DNA of 37,972 nucleotides from positions 4,009,560 through 4,047,531 of the forward strand of contig CP070695.1 of NCBI GenBank assembly GCA_020353515.1. Reading direction: 5' to 3'. Under the pieces are notes generated by a model. The model was not told where the DNA came from. It did no database searches and saw only the letters and a list, made by a program, of their open reading frames with translations. This DNA is from Candidatus Heimdallarchaeota archaeon (GTDB taxonomy: Archaea; Asgardarchaeota; Heimdallarchaeia; Hodarchaeales; Hodarchaeaceae). Shown piece by piece: positions 28,119 to 36,873 of this stretch (positions are counted from its first letter, which is position 1; each line of letters starts with the position of its first letter). The position numbers and the translations under genes were made by a program.

Positions 28119-29090
28119 TTAAGTTTGAAGTTTCTTCCTCAGAAAGATAATCACCCCGATTGGTACCACTAATATGACCAAAGGTGGATACTCTGCCTTA
28201 GACTCAGACTCAAGAGGAACTACATCAACAGTAGAGCTAACTGTAAGATTGTCAAATAATGAGTCCCCAAACCATGATGCAAATATAAAGTTCTCAGAAG
28301 TAGTGGTGGATCTGTCAGTCACTTTTAATATGAGTTCCTGGTCAAGATAGATGTGAAATTCTCCAGTAACATTGCGGGTAATGTCAATGTGATACGCTCC
28401 TTCCAGTGGGCTAGAGAATTCATGATAATCGTAGTATATCAAATGTTTTGTGTTAGTCCTCCATTCTGCTAGTGATATTGCGGGTATAAGCTCATCTGAT
28501 CCTTCTTTTTTGTGACCTGAAGTTAACGATAATACATAAGCGGTCGTATTCAAGTTTAAAGAGTCACTTAGATCTCCAGATTGTTCAGTGGGAATATAAT
28601 TATTCGCAATGAAAAAGACAACATCATAGGCTAAATGATCAGAACCAGGGTTAACACACCAGTCAAAGCTCCACGTACCATACGCGACGGTACTAGTATG
28701 GATCGCCTGACTGTAATACCATCCTGTTTGAGTATTTAGCATTTCTAAGACGCCATTTTTAACAATAGGGGTATGTTCAGGCTCCCAAGTGAAACCAACA
28801 CCTCTTTGGTCCTTATAGTCCACATAGTCGAATCCTTGGAGTTTCCATTCCTCTGCAGTATCAAAAGTTTCTGACCAGACCAGATCTCCTTCAGAAATTC
28901 TAATTCCAGGTATGGTTGAACTATTCTGTTCTCCTTGAGGGAGTAATATCAAGAATCCTACAAACAATGTAATGAGGATGAGTGGGCCGATTATACGAAA
29001 ATTCTTATGTTTTTTTTGCGGGTGTTTTAAACAGACGGGTTGAATCTGTTCCTTTTGGTGAAAGTCTTTTCTAGCAGGTACAATTGTCAT
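28119..29090 (-). CDS. Surface protein, paralog A (beta-rich, possibly ConA/LamG-like), N-terminal TM and C-terminal anchor
   Basis: WSETFD, STVAYGTWSFDW, YHIDITRNVTGEFHIYLD, FDNLTVS; AEYPPLVILVVPIGVIIFLRKK. Start overlaps the upstream stop (ATGA). Confidence 0.75.
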   Translation of the reverse strand: MTIVPARKDFHQKEQIQPVCLKHPQKKHKNFRIIGPLILITLFVGFLILLPQGEQNSSTIPGIRISEGDLVWSETFDTAEEWKLQGFDYVDYKDQRGVGFTWEPEHTPIVKNGVLEMLNTQTGWYYSQAIHTSTVAYGTWSFDWCVNPGSDHLAYDVVFFIANNYIPTEQSGDLSDSLNLNTTAYVLSLTSGHKKEGSDELIPAISLAEWRTNTKHLIYYDYHEFSSPLEGAYHIDITRNVTGEFHIYLDQELILKVTDRSTTTSENFIFASWFGDSLFDNLTVSSTVDVVPLESESKAEYPPLVILVVPIGVIIFLRKKLQT

Positions 29091-29566
29091 TTCGCTATCT
29101 CCTCCAATTTCTGAAAAAGATAATCCCCCAAATCGGTTGGGCGTAGCTGTGGATTATCAATCTTTATATTTCGTTCCTTAAATTCCTGTAGTAAGATCTT
29201 CCGACAGTGAGAAAGCTCCTCACAGGAAGTACAATCACCTTTATGCTCATACCACACTTGTACACCATTTTCGGGTGAGAAAGTAATATAAGCTGTGACA
29301 TCAAACATGTGACTCTTTCCCTTAGCAAAACCTTGTTCTGCACTGAGGAGTTCCAGGGTAATCTTGTTTGCCTTAGCAGTATTCTCTAGAAGAGCTTTAA
29401 TCCTGTTATTAGCTTCTTTTAGTGTCTTACTGATGAACGCTGGTGAAACATCCTTTTGCTTGGCGATTTTTCTTCCCGAGAGAGCATTTCGCTTCAAGAA
29501 CCAGACTTCAACCTGTGTTTCTGTGGGATAACGGATACGCTGATATTTACCAAGATTGATTACCAT
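29087..29566 (-). CDS. HTH DNA-binding protein with a C-terminal Cys cluster (putative regulator)
   Basis: LSGRKIAKQKDVSPAFISKTLKEA HTH; HKGDCTSCEELSHC potential metal site. Confidence 0.75.
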   Translation of the reverse strand: MVINLGKYQRIRYPTETQVEVWFLKRNALSGRKIAKQKDVSPAFISKTLKEANNRIKALLENTAKANKITLELLSAEQGFAKGKSHMFDVTAYITFSPENGVQVWYEHKGDCTSCEELSHCRKILLQEFKERNIKIDNPQLRPTDLGDYLFQKLEEIAK

Positions 29567-29567
29567 A

Positions 29568-29597
29568 GTAACCCTTTTTGGTTAACCTCATATATAA
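29568..29597 (-). promoter_or_regulatory. Promoter/operator element, copy 1 (TATA box + TAACC-N6-GGTTA)
   Basis: Minus strand TTATATATGAGGTTAACCAAAAAGGGTTAC ends 1 nt before the ATG of the HTH gene, which suggests a leaderless transcript. Confidence 0.8.
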
Positions 29598-29610
29598 GGT
29601 TTATCATCAC

Positions 29611-29640
29611 CAGGAACCCCAAAAAAAGGGGAGGGGAAGG
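29611..29640 (-). terminator. Pyrimidine/oligo-T terminator candidate after paralog B
   Basis: Minus strand CCTTCCCCTCCCCTTTTTTTGGGG directly after the stop codon. Confidence 0.5.
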
Positions 29641-29641
29641 A

Positions 29642-30469
29642 TTATCTTTTACGCTTCTTCCTTAGGATGATGAGTACCCCGATTGGAACCACAACCAAGA
29701 ACAACGGTGGATAATCTGCCCCATTCGGAGAAGGATGGACTTCAATAGTGTCACTTACGTTCAGGTTGTCATATGTAGAGTCCCCAAGCCATGAGTTAAA
29801 GATGAAGTTCTCAGACGTTGTGGTAGAATTATCCCTCACTTGTAATTTGAGTTTTCCATCAAAGAAAATACTGAATTCTCCAGTAATGTTGCGGGTAGTG
29901 TCGATATGATAAGGTCCTTCTAGTGTGCTTGGGAATTGGTAATAATCTAAGATGATCCACTTAATTGTCTCATCCCTCCATTCAGCAAGGGATACTGAGT
30001 GGGGTTTTGTTTCTCCTTTGTCACCTGAATTTAACACCAATCCATACCCAGTCATATTCAAGGGGATTTCTCCAGATTGTTCAGTAAGAATATAATTATT
30101 CGCAATGAAGAGGACAACATCATAAGCTTGATGGTCTTCACCAGCGTTGACATACCAATCAAAACTCCACGTGCCATACGCGACTGTACTATTATGAACC
30201 GCCTGACTGGAGTGCCATTCCTCTTGAGTATTGGGCATCTGTAACTTCCCATCCTTAACTGAGGGAGAATAATCAGGATTCCAAGCTAAGTTGTCTTCCC
30301 CCGCTCGCATGCTAAGAAAATCGAATCCTCGGAGTTCCCACTCATCTGCAGTGTCAAAAGATTCTGACCAGACCATCACTGCCGCTCCCTGACTCAACGG
30401 ACAAATCATTAAAAATCCTAAAAAAATTCCCATTAATACGGATGTCATAGTGTATATTTTTCGTTTCAC
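29642..30469 (-). CDS. Surface protein, paralog B (signal peptide, same beta-rich domain, C-terminal anchor)
   Basis: WSESFD, STVAYGTWSFDW, YDVVLFIANNY, YHIDTTRNITGEF; ADYPPLFLVVVPIGVLIILRKKRKR. Confidence 0.8.
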   Translation of the reverse strand: MKRKIYTMTSVLMGIFLGFLMICPLSQGAAVMVWSESFDTADEWELRGFDFLSMRAGEDNLAWNPDYSPSVKDGKLQMPNTQEEWHSSQAVHNSTVAYGTWSFDWYVNAGEDHQAYDVVLFIANNYILTEQSGEIPLNMTGYGLVLNSGDKGETKPHSVSLAEWRDETIKWIILDYYQFPSTLEGPYHIDTTRNITGEFSIFFDGKLKLQVRDNSTTTSENFIFNSWLGDSTYDNLNVSDTIEVHPSPNGADYPPLFLVVVPIGVLIILRKKRKR

Positions 30470-30511
30470 ATATTTTCCTTCCTTTACGTCTTCAATAGGA
30501 TCGAATTGATA

Positions 30512-30562
30512 TTAACCAAAAACGATTAACAGGTAACCTTTTTTGGTTAACCTCATATATAA
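30512..30562 (-). promoter_or_regulatory. Promoter/operator element, copy 2, plus a third inverted operator-like site
   Basis: 30533-30562 matches 29568-29597 at 29 of 30 nt; TTAACC-AAAAAC-GATTAA at 30512-30529. Confidence 0.8.
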
Positions 30563-30682
30563 ACATTACCATCCTCCAACTGTTTGGTTTGAAAATGAAA
30601 ACTTCAATAAAGATGTGTGGTTTCGGGATAACACTAACGTAAAAATATAACGTTTTAGACTATCCAGTCCGAGAGAGGTTCA

Positions 30683-32221
30683 TTGTTGTCACAGATAACG
30701 TCTCAGTTACTTATTCTTCTGATAACTACCTTCTTCTTGATATCAGGGCCTCACACAGTTTTACTGGAGAATGATTATATGAGTCAGCTTCCCACATATG
30801 ACACAGAGACGAATAATATCATAAAATACAATCAGTTCAACAGGCATCAATGGAATGGCCATGAATATGAACTGATTCCTATTTCTAGAACATGGCTTGA
30901 GGCTAGTGTAGACTGTGAGATGCGCGGGGGGCATTTAGTCACAATAGCAACCGAAGAAGAGAATAATTTCGTAGCTAGTTTAGTCTCCGAGGCTCAAATT
31001 GGTGAGGCTCTTATTGGTTTTACTGATCAGGAAACAGAAGGAGAATGGCATTGGATAACAAATGAGCCAGTAACTTATACAAATTGGGATTCTGGAGAAC
31101 CTGCTGATGCGGGGCAAGAAGATTATGCTGGAATAAGAAATGATGGAGGATGGCCTGACTTACAAGTGTATGAAGAACGGCCTTACGTGTGTGAATGGGA
31201 ATCGATAAATGTACCTATCAATTTAACTGATCATTCACCCATCATTATCGAAAGCGACAATAATTTTACTGAACAAGCCATTACTGAGGGTTGGGCTGGC
31301 AACGGAACACCTACCAATCCCTATATAATTGAAGGTTACAACATCACGAGTAGTGAGGTTTTAATTCGTATAGAAAATACCAGTGTCCACTTTATTGTAA
31401 GAAATAATCTTTTGTCTGGGATTGATCAGAGCAACTCTGGTATTTATCTTGTTAACATCACCCAAGGTACCGTAAGGAATAATTTGGTCAAAAATTGCCG
31501 AGATGGGGTTCATTTAGTGAGAAGTTCTGATGTCGAAATTGATAGGAATAGAGTACAAGATAACATGGGAGCTGGCATTTGGCTAATTATTGAGTGTGAT
31601 AGAAATATCATCTCCAATAATACCTGCTTCAGCAATGGATTTAATGGGATTGAGCTTGGACCATCAGCTGGTTCAGAGAATATAATTATCTATAATACCT
31701 GTTATTTAAATAGCAATGGAATATGGTTAAGTTCTTCAAGCGAAAATGAAATTTCGAATAATTATCTTTGTAACAATAGCCATGGAGTCGAATTAGAAAG
31801 TAACTCTAATAATAACACTATTCTTGGGAATACAATCCATAACAATACGGGTTATGGCATCTATATTGAGAATTCCCATCATAATCAGATTTATGACAAT
31901 TATTTCATCCATAATGGGCACTCTGAATCTCAAGCTTATGATGAAGGAGAAAATAATATATTTTCGGATAATTATTGGAACCCTGGAATAGACTGGAGCG
32001 CCACTCTTCCCCTAACATCATTCTCATACTGGTATCCAGACACTACACATACATTGGAGGAGGAAGAAGAGAGTATGGATCTATCCTCAACATCTGTGGC
32101 CACTCAAAGAATGGCACTATTTCTTAATCTATCATCGTTTCTCCCGCTTCTGCAGAGGGTAACTATTTTATTCTTTATAATTACCCTTTTGATTGTAATT
32201 CGACGTCATCAACTGAAATAA
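30683..32221 (+). CDS. Surface protein: C-type lectin-like domain + parallel beta-helix (NosD/CASH-like) + C-terminal TM
   Basis: TWLEASVDC...GGHLVTIATEEEN...IGFTD...EGEWHW...YTNWDSGEP...YVCE; repeated N..I.NN....N..GI.L units. Confidence 0.88.
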   Translation: MLSQITSQLLILLITTFFLISGPHTVLLENDYMSQLPTYDTETNNIIKYNQFNRHQWNGHEYELIPISRTWLEASVDCEMRGGHLVTIATEEENNFVASLVSEAQIGEALIGFTDQETEGEWHWITNEPVTYTNWDSGEPADAGQEDYAGIRNDGGWPDLQVYEERPYVCEWESINVPINLTDHSPIIIESDNNFTEQAITEGWAGNGTPTNPYIIEGYNITSSEVLIRIENTSVHFIVRNNLLSGIDQSNSGIYLVNITQGTVRNNLVKNCRDGVHLVRSSDVEIDRNRVQDNMGAGIWLIIECDRNIISNNTCFSNGFNGIELGPSAGSENIIIYNTCYLNSNGIWLSSSSENEISNNYLCNNSHGVELESNSNNNTILGNTIHNNTGYGIYIENSHHNQIYDNYFIHNGHSESQAYDEGENNIFSDNYWNPGIDWSATLPLTSFSYWYPDTTHTLEEEEESMDLSSTSVATQRMALFLNLSSFLPLLQRVTILFFIITLLIVIRRHQLK

Positions 32222-32376
32222 AAAGAGGTTATTTTACTACTTCATCACCTTACTAGTAGTTACCTTATGTTTCGCGTTTCTTCCTTAGAAAAACAATTGT
32301 AAGAAAATTATCGATACCTTCATCACTTGTCACTAAACATCTAGTCTCATCAGTTTAGTAGTAAGAGGGCACTTGA

Positions 32377-33435
32377 ATGTATGAAAACCAGAACCAGAAT
32401 GAAATAATCCAACTTTTCTCAGAGCTATTGGCGATTCCGTCCCCATCAGGAATGGAACACAGGCTAGCAGATCATATCTTTACAAAATGTGCGGAATGGG
32501 GGTATAGTCCCATGAAGGACTACGCAGGGAATGTATATGTGCAGATTCCAGGACAGAAAGAGAGTGAGGAGACCTGTTGTCTAGCAGCTCATATCGATGA
32601 AATTGGGGTAATGGTGACAAAGATAAATACCGATGGTACACTCAATGTGGAGCGAGTAGGTGGCACACTTACGTGGAAGTTTGGGGAACGGCCAGTTGAA
32701 ATCTTAGGTGAAAAGAAAACGGTTCACGGAGTGACTGCTATGGGATCAGGGCATACAGCAGGGGGTACCCAACGGTTAGAATGGAGAGATGTTGTGGTCA
32801 TAACTGGTTTGCCCCCAGAACGACTTCAGGAATATGGAGTCAAACCAGGGACATTGATAGTGCCCCTCCAGTCAGACCGAGGCCCCATACTGTTTGGGGA
32901 GGAAAGTGATCCCATGATCGCAGCATGGACATTTGATGATAAAATAGGAGTCGTTACCCTCCTTCGGCTGCTAAAGACAATCAAAACTGAGAATATTACC
33001 CCTTATGTGAATCTCATTATCGCGTTCACAACTACGGAGGAGATTGGCTGCTTTGGAGCAAAACATCTAGCTCAATCGTTAAATCCCACGTACTTCATTG
33101 CAGTGGATGGTTGTCCTTTTGCCTCCGAATCCCCTATGGAGTTGGATAGTAGACCTGGGATCCGTATCCGAGACCGAACTTTCTTCTATTCCCCTGGTTT
33201 AATCAAGGCATTATCAGAAGCTGCGGAAAACGCAGGAACGGAATTACAACATCTAGTCTATACTACAAGTGGGAGTGATGCAGGGATGGCAGGGAATGTT
33301 GGTGCAAGTCCACAAGCAGCCTGTATTGGACATATACGTAAGAATAGTCATGGATTTGAAGTGGCGTACTTATCAGTGTTTGAGAATTTATATAAAACGT
33401 TACGGATGTTTATTTCTACCTGGAAAGGTGCATAA
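32377..33435 (+). CDS. M42 family (TET-like) aminopeptidase
   Basis: PSPSGME, AHIDEIG, FDDK, TEEIGCFGA, IAVD, GSDAG, SHG metal-ligand pattern. Confidence 0.9.
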   Translation: MYENQNQNEIIQLFSELLAIPSPSGMEHRLADHIFTKCAEWGYSPMKDYAGNVYVQIPGQKESEETCCLAAHIDEIGVMVTKINTDGTLNVERVGGTLTWKFGERPVEILGEKKTVHGVTAMGSGHTAGGTQRLEWRDVVVITGLPPERLQEYGVKPGTLIVPLQSDRGPILFGEESDPMIAAWTFDDKIGVVTLLRLLKTIKTENITPYVNLIIAFTTTEEIGCFGAKHLAQSLNPTYFIAVDGCPFASESPMELDSRPGIRIRDRTFFYSPGLIKALSEAAENAGTELQHLVYTTSGSDAGMAGNVGASPQAACIGHIRKNSHGFEVAYLSVFENLYKTLRMFISTWKGA

Positions 33436-33500
33436 AACAGATAAGAAGAAGAAGTTTTTACTATTTATAACGTATTAATTACCTAAACCGAGGACTATTT

Positions 33501-34544
33501 GTGAAATCCTTTCTGTTGCCAAATAAAACTCTTAATTGGTTATTAGAAGACGACAATCCCCCTGTAAGAAATATGACGAAGAAATTCTTACTCAATCAAG
33601 TAGTTTCAACCAATGAGATAAAGGAAGTGAATGATTATCTACCAATTGAAAGACTAATTTCCTTGATCAAACCCGATCGAACTTGGAGTGACTCAAAAAA
33701 CCCCTACAAAAAATATACTGGTAATTACTGGCAATTTATTTTCTTATGCGATATGAATGCAAATCCAGATGAACTAATCCGTCAAGTGGGGGAACAAATC
33801 CTCTCCTATCAACTTCCAGAAGGAGGTTTCACTCATAAAATTGGATCTAATTTTCCCCTTATATGTTTGACAGCAAATATCATTCGTTCACTAATTCATT
33901 TTGAAATTAATGATAAAAAAACTCAAAAAGGAATAAACTTCCTTACGAATCTTATTCTAGAGAAACAAGGTGCGTTCTGTTCTCCTGAACCATTATATAC
34001 TCTCTTACCTGATTGTCAGATGGCTCTGACAAAAGTTTTAGCAATGTACGCAACGCTAAAGGAAGATATTTTGAATACAGGCATAAATCAAGCAGTTGAG
34101 ATTATTGTGAAGAAAATTATAGAGAATAGAATTTTCAGATATATTCCTACAGGGGCCAAAGAATACCATAAGTTGATTAGAGGAAAGAAAAGTGAGGAGA
34201 TTAGAAAAATTAGAAAACAAACCTTATCTCGTCCTGAAGTGCTTGAAAAAACAGAAATAAAAAAGAGTTGGTTGAAGTTCGGGTTTCCTCAATCATATAC
34301 TTCAGATGCCCTTGAAACCTTATATTGGCTTGCAATGAGTAAGATACCCATTCATAAGGAATTTGAAGAGGCTACTCAACACATAATGAAATCTATGGAT
34401 GCTTCAGGCTATTGGGTTAATCAGACTGCTTTTAGAAATCCCATGTTGGTAGATATTGAAGCTAAAAAAGCCCCTTCTAAATGGTTGACTTTCAGAGCGT
34501 GCTTTGTGTTAAAAAATTACCATAAATTGTCATTTCAAGAGTGA
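33501..34544 (+). CDS. Conserved hypothetical protein, possibly an alpha/alpha toroid (prenyltransferase/squalene-oxidase-repeat-like)
   Basis: WLLEDDNPPVR, YQLPEGGF, FGFPQSYTSDALE, GYW, PSKWLT; fold assignment is weak. Confidence 0.55.
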   Translation: MKSFLLPNKTLNWLLEDDNPPVRNMTKKFLLNQVVSTNEIKEVNDYLPIERLISLIKPDRTWSDSKNPYKKYTGNYWQFIFLCDMNANPDELIRQVGEQILSYQLPEGGFTHKIGSNFPLICLTANIIRSLIHFEINDKKTQKGINFLTNLILEKQGAFCSPEPLYTLLPDCQMALTKVLAMYATLKEDILNTGINQAVEIIVKKIIENRIFRYIPTGAKEYHKLIRGKKSEEIRKIRKQTLSRPEVLEKTEIKKSWLKFGFPQSYTSDALETLYWLAMSKIPIHKEFEEATQHIMKSMDASGYWVNQTAFRNPMLVDIEAKKAPSKWLTFRACFVLKNYHKLSFQE

Positions 34545-34559
34545 CCTAATGATTATAGC

Positions 34560-34590
34560 TAAAAAAAGGGAAAAAAAGGAAGGGAAGAAC
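34560..34590 (-). terminator. Oligo-T terminator candidate
   Basis: Two T7 runs in a pyrimidine tract on the minus strand directly after the stop at 34592. Confidence 0.55.
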
Positions 34591-34591
34591 T

Positions 34592-36793
34592 CTAGTAACC
34601 TTTCCTCTTCCTAAAGATTATGACACCTATGATTAGACTGGTAAGCACCAGAAAAACTGGTGTGCTAGGTGTACCACTGGAACTAGTCGTTGTTTGTTCG
34701 CTGGACGATGAACTAGTCGTATTGGAGGAGGTAGATTCAGACGTCATGGTGCTAGTAGGGACATCCTCAATTGCGTAACCAACATATTTAGGAACAGTAT
34801 TAGGATCACGCCATCTTTCAGAGGTCGTAATAACAACTATATCTTCTTCGGGCATCACATAGATGATTTGACCATCTGCCCCAACGGCTGAATACCCTGC
34901 TTTCGACTTAATCCCTTCTTCAAAAGTCCACCACTGATACCCATATCCTGCGCCACCTGCCAACTCCGTGTCTGCAGGAGCTACATGTGGACGAGTGGAC
35001 GCAGCTACCCAATCAGCAGGGACGATTTGCTGGCCATTCCAAGAACCATTATTTAAATAAAGCTGGCCAAATTTAGCCATATTACGGGGGGTGAGATACA
35101 GTGCGTTTCCACCGTGCACGCGACCATGAATATCGGTCATCCAGATAATATCTGCTTGATGAATCCCCAATGGTTCGAAAAGGTATTCCTGCGCAAATTC
35201 AACTGTAGTATTGCCAGTAGTTTCTTGGATAATGGCAGATAAGACATGGGATGCCCCTGTGTTATAGTTATAGACTGTCCCAGGTTCATTCTCCATAGGC
35301 AAATCAAGAACATATTGAAGGGCGTCTGGGCTTCTAGCCATCAGGATATGATCAGGACCATCATTCCACTCTAAGCCAGTAGTCATAGTAAGCAAGTGTT
35401 CTAGAGTCATTGCCTCTTTCTGAGAGTCGACATTGACAAACGTCATATCAGGGAAAAATTCCAACACTTTCTGATCTACATCCTGAATAAACCCTTTCTC
35501 AATCGCTATTCCAATGAGGGCGGAAGTAAAACTTTTTGTTACTGAAAACAACATGTGTCTGGACTCTGGAGTGAATTGATACGTGGATCCTGTATAGTAC
35601 TCTTCGAAAACCAATTTTCCATGCCGAATAATGAGGAAACTATCAAGATAATCGACTTCCTCGGGAATCTGGTTCAATGCAGCAGCATCCAAACCTTGTT
35701 CAGCAGGAGTCGATTCGGGCCAGTCCAACACAAAGGGGGCAATTTCATGTTCGGGATAATCCCCCCAAAGCTTGATAGTTCTGTCAACTCCACAGGATGC
35801 CAGAATCGTCCCGTCATGGGAAAATGCCGTATCGACTACAGTATTAGTATGTCCTATAAGCTCATCTAAGACTTCTCCTTCTGTAATATTCCATAATTGA
35901 ACGGGAGTACTTTGTATTGGATCTGGTGGTACACCCCCACTTGAAATTAAAACATCGGGGTCTGTAGGTGAAAAATCAACATTGAAAACATGGTAATCGA
36001 TTTCATAGGTCTGAAGAAGAGCTCCAGTGTTAACATTCCAAATTCTAATCGTTTCATCAGGGCCGCCTGAGGCTAGGATAGAATTATTCGATGAAAATGA
36101 GGCTGTATATACTTGATCAGTATGTCCTGAAAGAGTCCTTAACTCAAGGCCTGTAGCTCTATCCCATAGCTTAATGGAATTATCTGCAGAACTTGATGCT
36201 AGTAATGAACCATTAGGTGAAAAGGCAACACTCCAAACTAGATCAGAATGCCCTGTTAAATTATGTAACATCGTTCCATCGGTCACATTTCTTAAAATAA
36301 TAGAGTTATTTTGAGGGTATGCGAGTAGTGACTTTTCTATGGGTGAAAATTTCAATCGAAAACCCCTGAAGGCATTATGCCACGTGTTCAAGAGCTTGCC
36401 AGTTGAAACATTCCAAAAGTTGATTCTTTGATCATTCCAGCCTGCAGAAGCGAGGATCGAACCATCTAAAGAGAAATCAGCAGAATAAACATGAAAATAA
36501 TGCCCCTGGAGTAAATGTATTGTTTCACCATTGGTAATATTCCATAATCTAATGCTTCCATCAGCACTAGCCGAAGCTAACATTGAATCATCAGGAGAGA
36601 AAGCTACATGCCATACCGGGCCACCATGCCTAGTTAAAGTGGCAAAATTCTTTGTAAACTGGTTAGAATTTCTTACGGAATCTTTCTTGTATGAAAATTC
36701 GTTAGTATAGTGAGCGAATCCACTAGAAAAGAACATTCCAGCGATAATCGCCATTAAAACGATTAATATAATCATTCGAAAATGTTTTTTCAT
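34592..36793 (-). CDS. Second secreted WD40-serine hydrolase fusion with C-terminal anchor
   Basis: Signal peptide; seven WD40 repeats; FSVTKS, LEHLLTMTTG, YNYNTG, YGYQWW; S/T-rich stalk; TPVFLVLTSLIIGVIIFRKRKGY. Confidence 0.9.
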   Translation of the reverse strand: MKKHFRMIILIVLMAIIAGMFFSSGFAHYTNEFSYKKDSVRNSNQFTKNFATLTRHGGPVWHVAFSPDDSMLASASADGSIRLWNITNGETIHLLQGHYFHVYSADFSLDGSILASAGWNDQRINFWNVSTGKLLNTWHNAFRGFRLKFSPIEKSLLAYPQNNSIILRNVTDGTMLHNLTGHSDLVWSVAFSPNGSLLASSSADNSIKLWDRATGLELRTLSGHTDQVYTASFSSNNSILASGGPDETIRIWNVNTGALLQTYEIDYHVFNVDFSPTDPDVLISSGGVPPDPIQSTPVQLWNITEGEVLDELIGHTNTVVDTAFSHDGTILASCGVDRTIKLWGDYPEHEIAPFVLDWPESTPAEQGLDAAALNQIPEEVDYLDSFLIIRHGKLVFEEYYTGSTYQFTPESRHMLFSVTKSFTSALIGIAIEKGFIQDVDQKVLEFFPDMTFVNVDSQKEAMTLEHLLTMTTGLEWNDGPDHILMARSPDALQYVLDLPMENEPGTVYNYNTGASHVLSAIIQETTGNTTVEFAQEYLFEPLGIHQADIIWMTDIHGRVHGGNALYLTPRNMAKFGQLYLNNGSWNGQQIVPADWVAASTRPHVAPADTELAGGAGYGYQWWTFEEGIKSKAGYSAVGADGQIIYVMPEEDIVVITTSERWRDPNTVPKYVGYAIEDVPTSTMTSESTSSNTTSSSSSEQTTTSSSGTPSTPVFLVLTSLIIGVIIFRKRKGY

Positions 36794-36839
36794 AAATTAT
36801 CATCTATTAGGTTTCTTTGTAAATTTAACAAGCACACTT

Positions 36840-36873
36840 TGAATATTTTCAATATTCAGTCAATTATTATTGA
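36840..36873. promoter_or_regulatory. Tandem inverted repeats upstream of the second WD40-hydrolase gene
   Basis: TGAATATT-TTC-AATATTCA (36840-36858) and TCAAT-TATT-ATTGA (36860-36873). Confidence 0.35.

Noticed and set aside
30466-30471. ATG-TGA start-stop element overlapping the GTG start of paralog B
   Set aside because: AT preceding GTG-A arises easily by chance, and there is no other support.
29568-30562. 30-bp repeats read as CRISPR repeats or as transposon/att ends
   Set aside because: Only two copies about 965 nt apart, each containing a TATA box and positioned as a promoter; no cas, transposase or integrase gene is present.
17878-36793. Calling the SxxK proteins or the MBL-fold protein antibiotic-resistance beta-lactamases
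   Set aside because: The motifs support the fold only; these families contain many peptidases, amidases and esterases.
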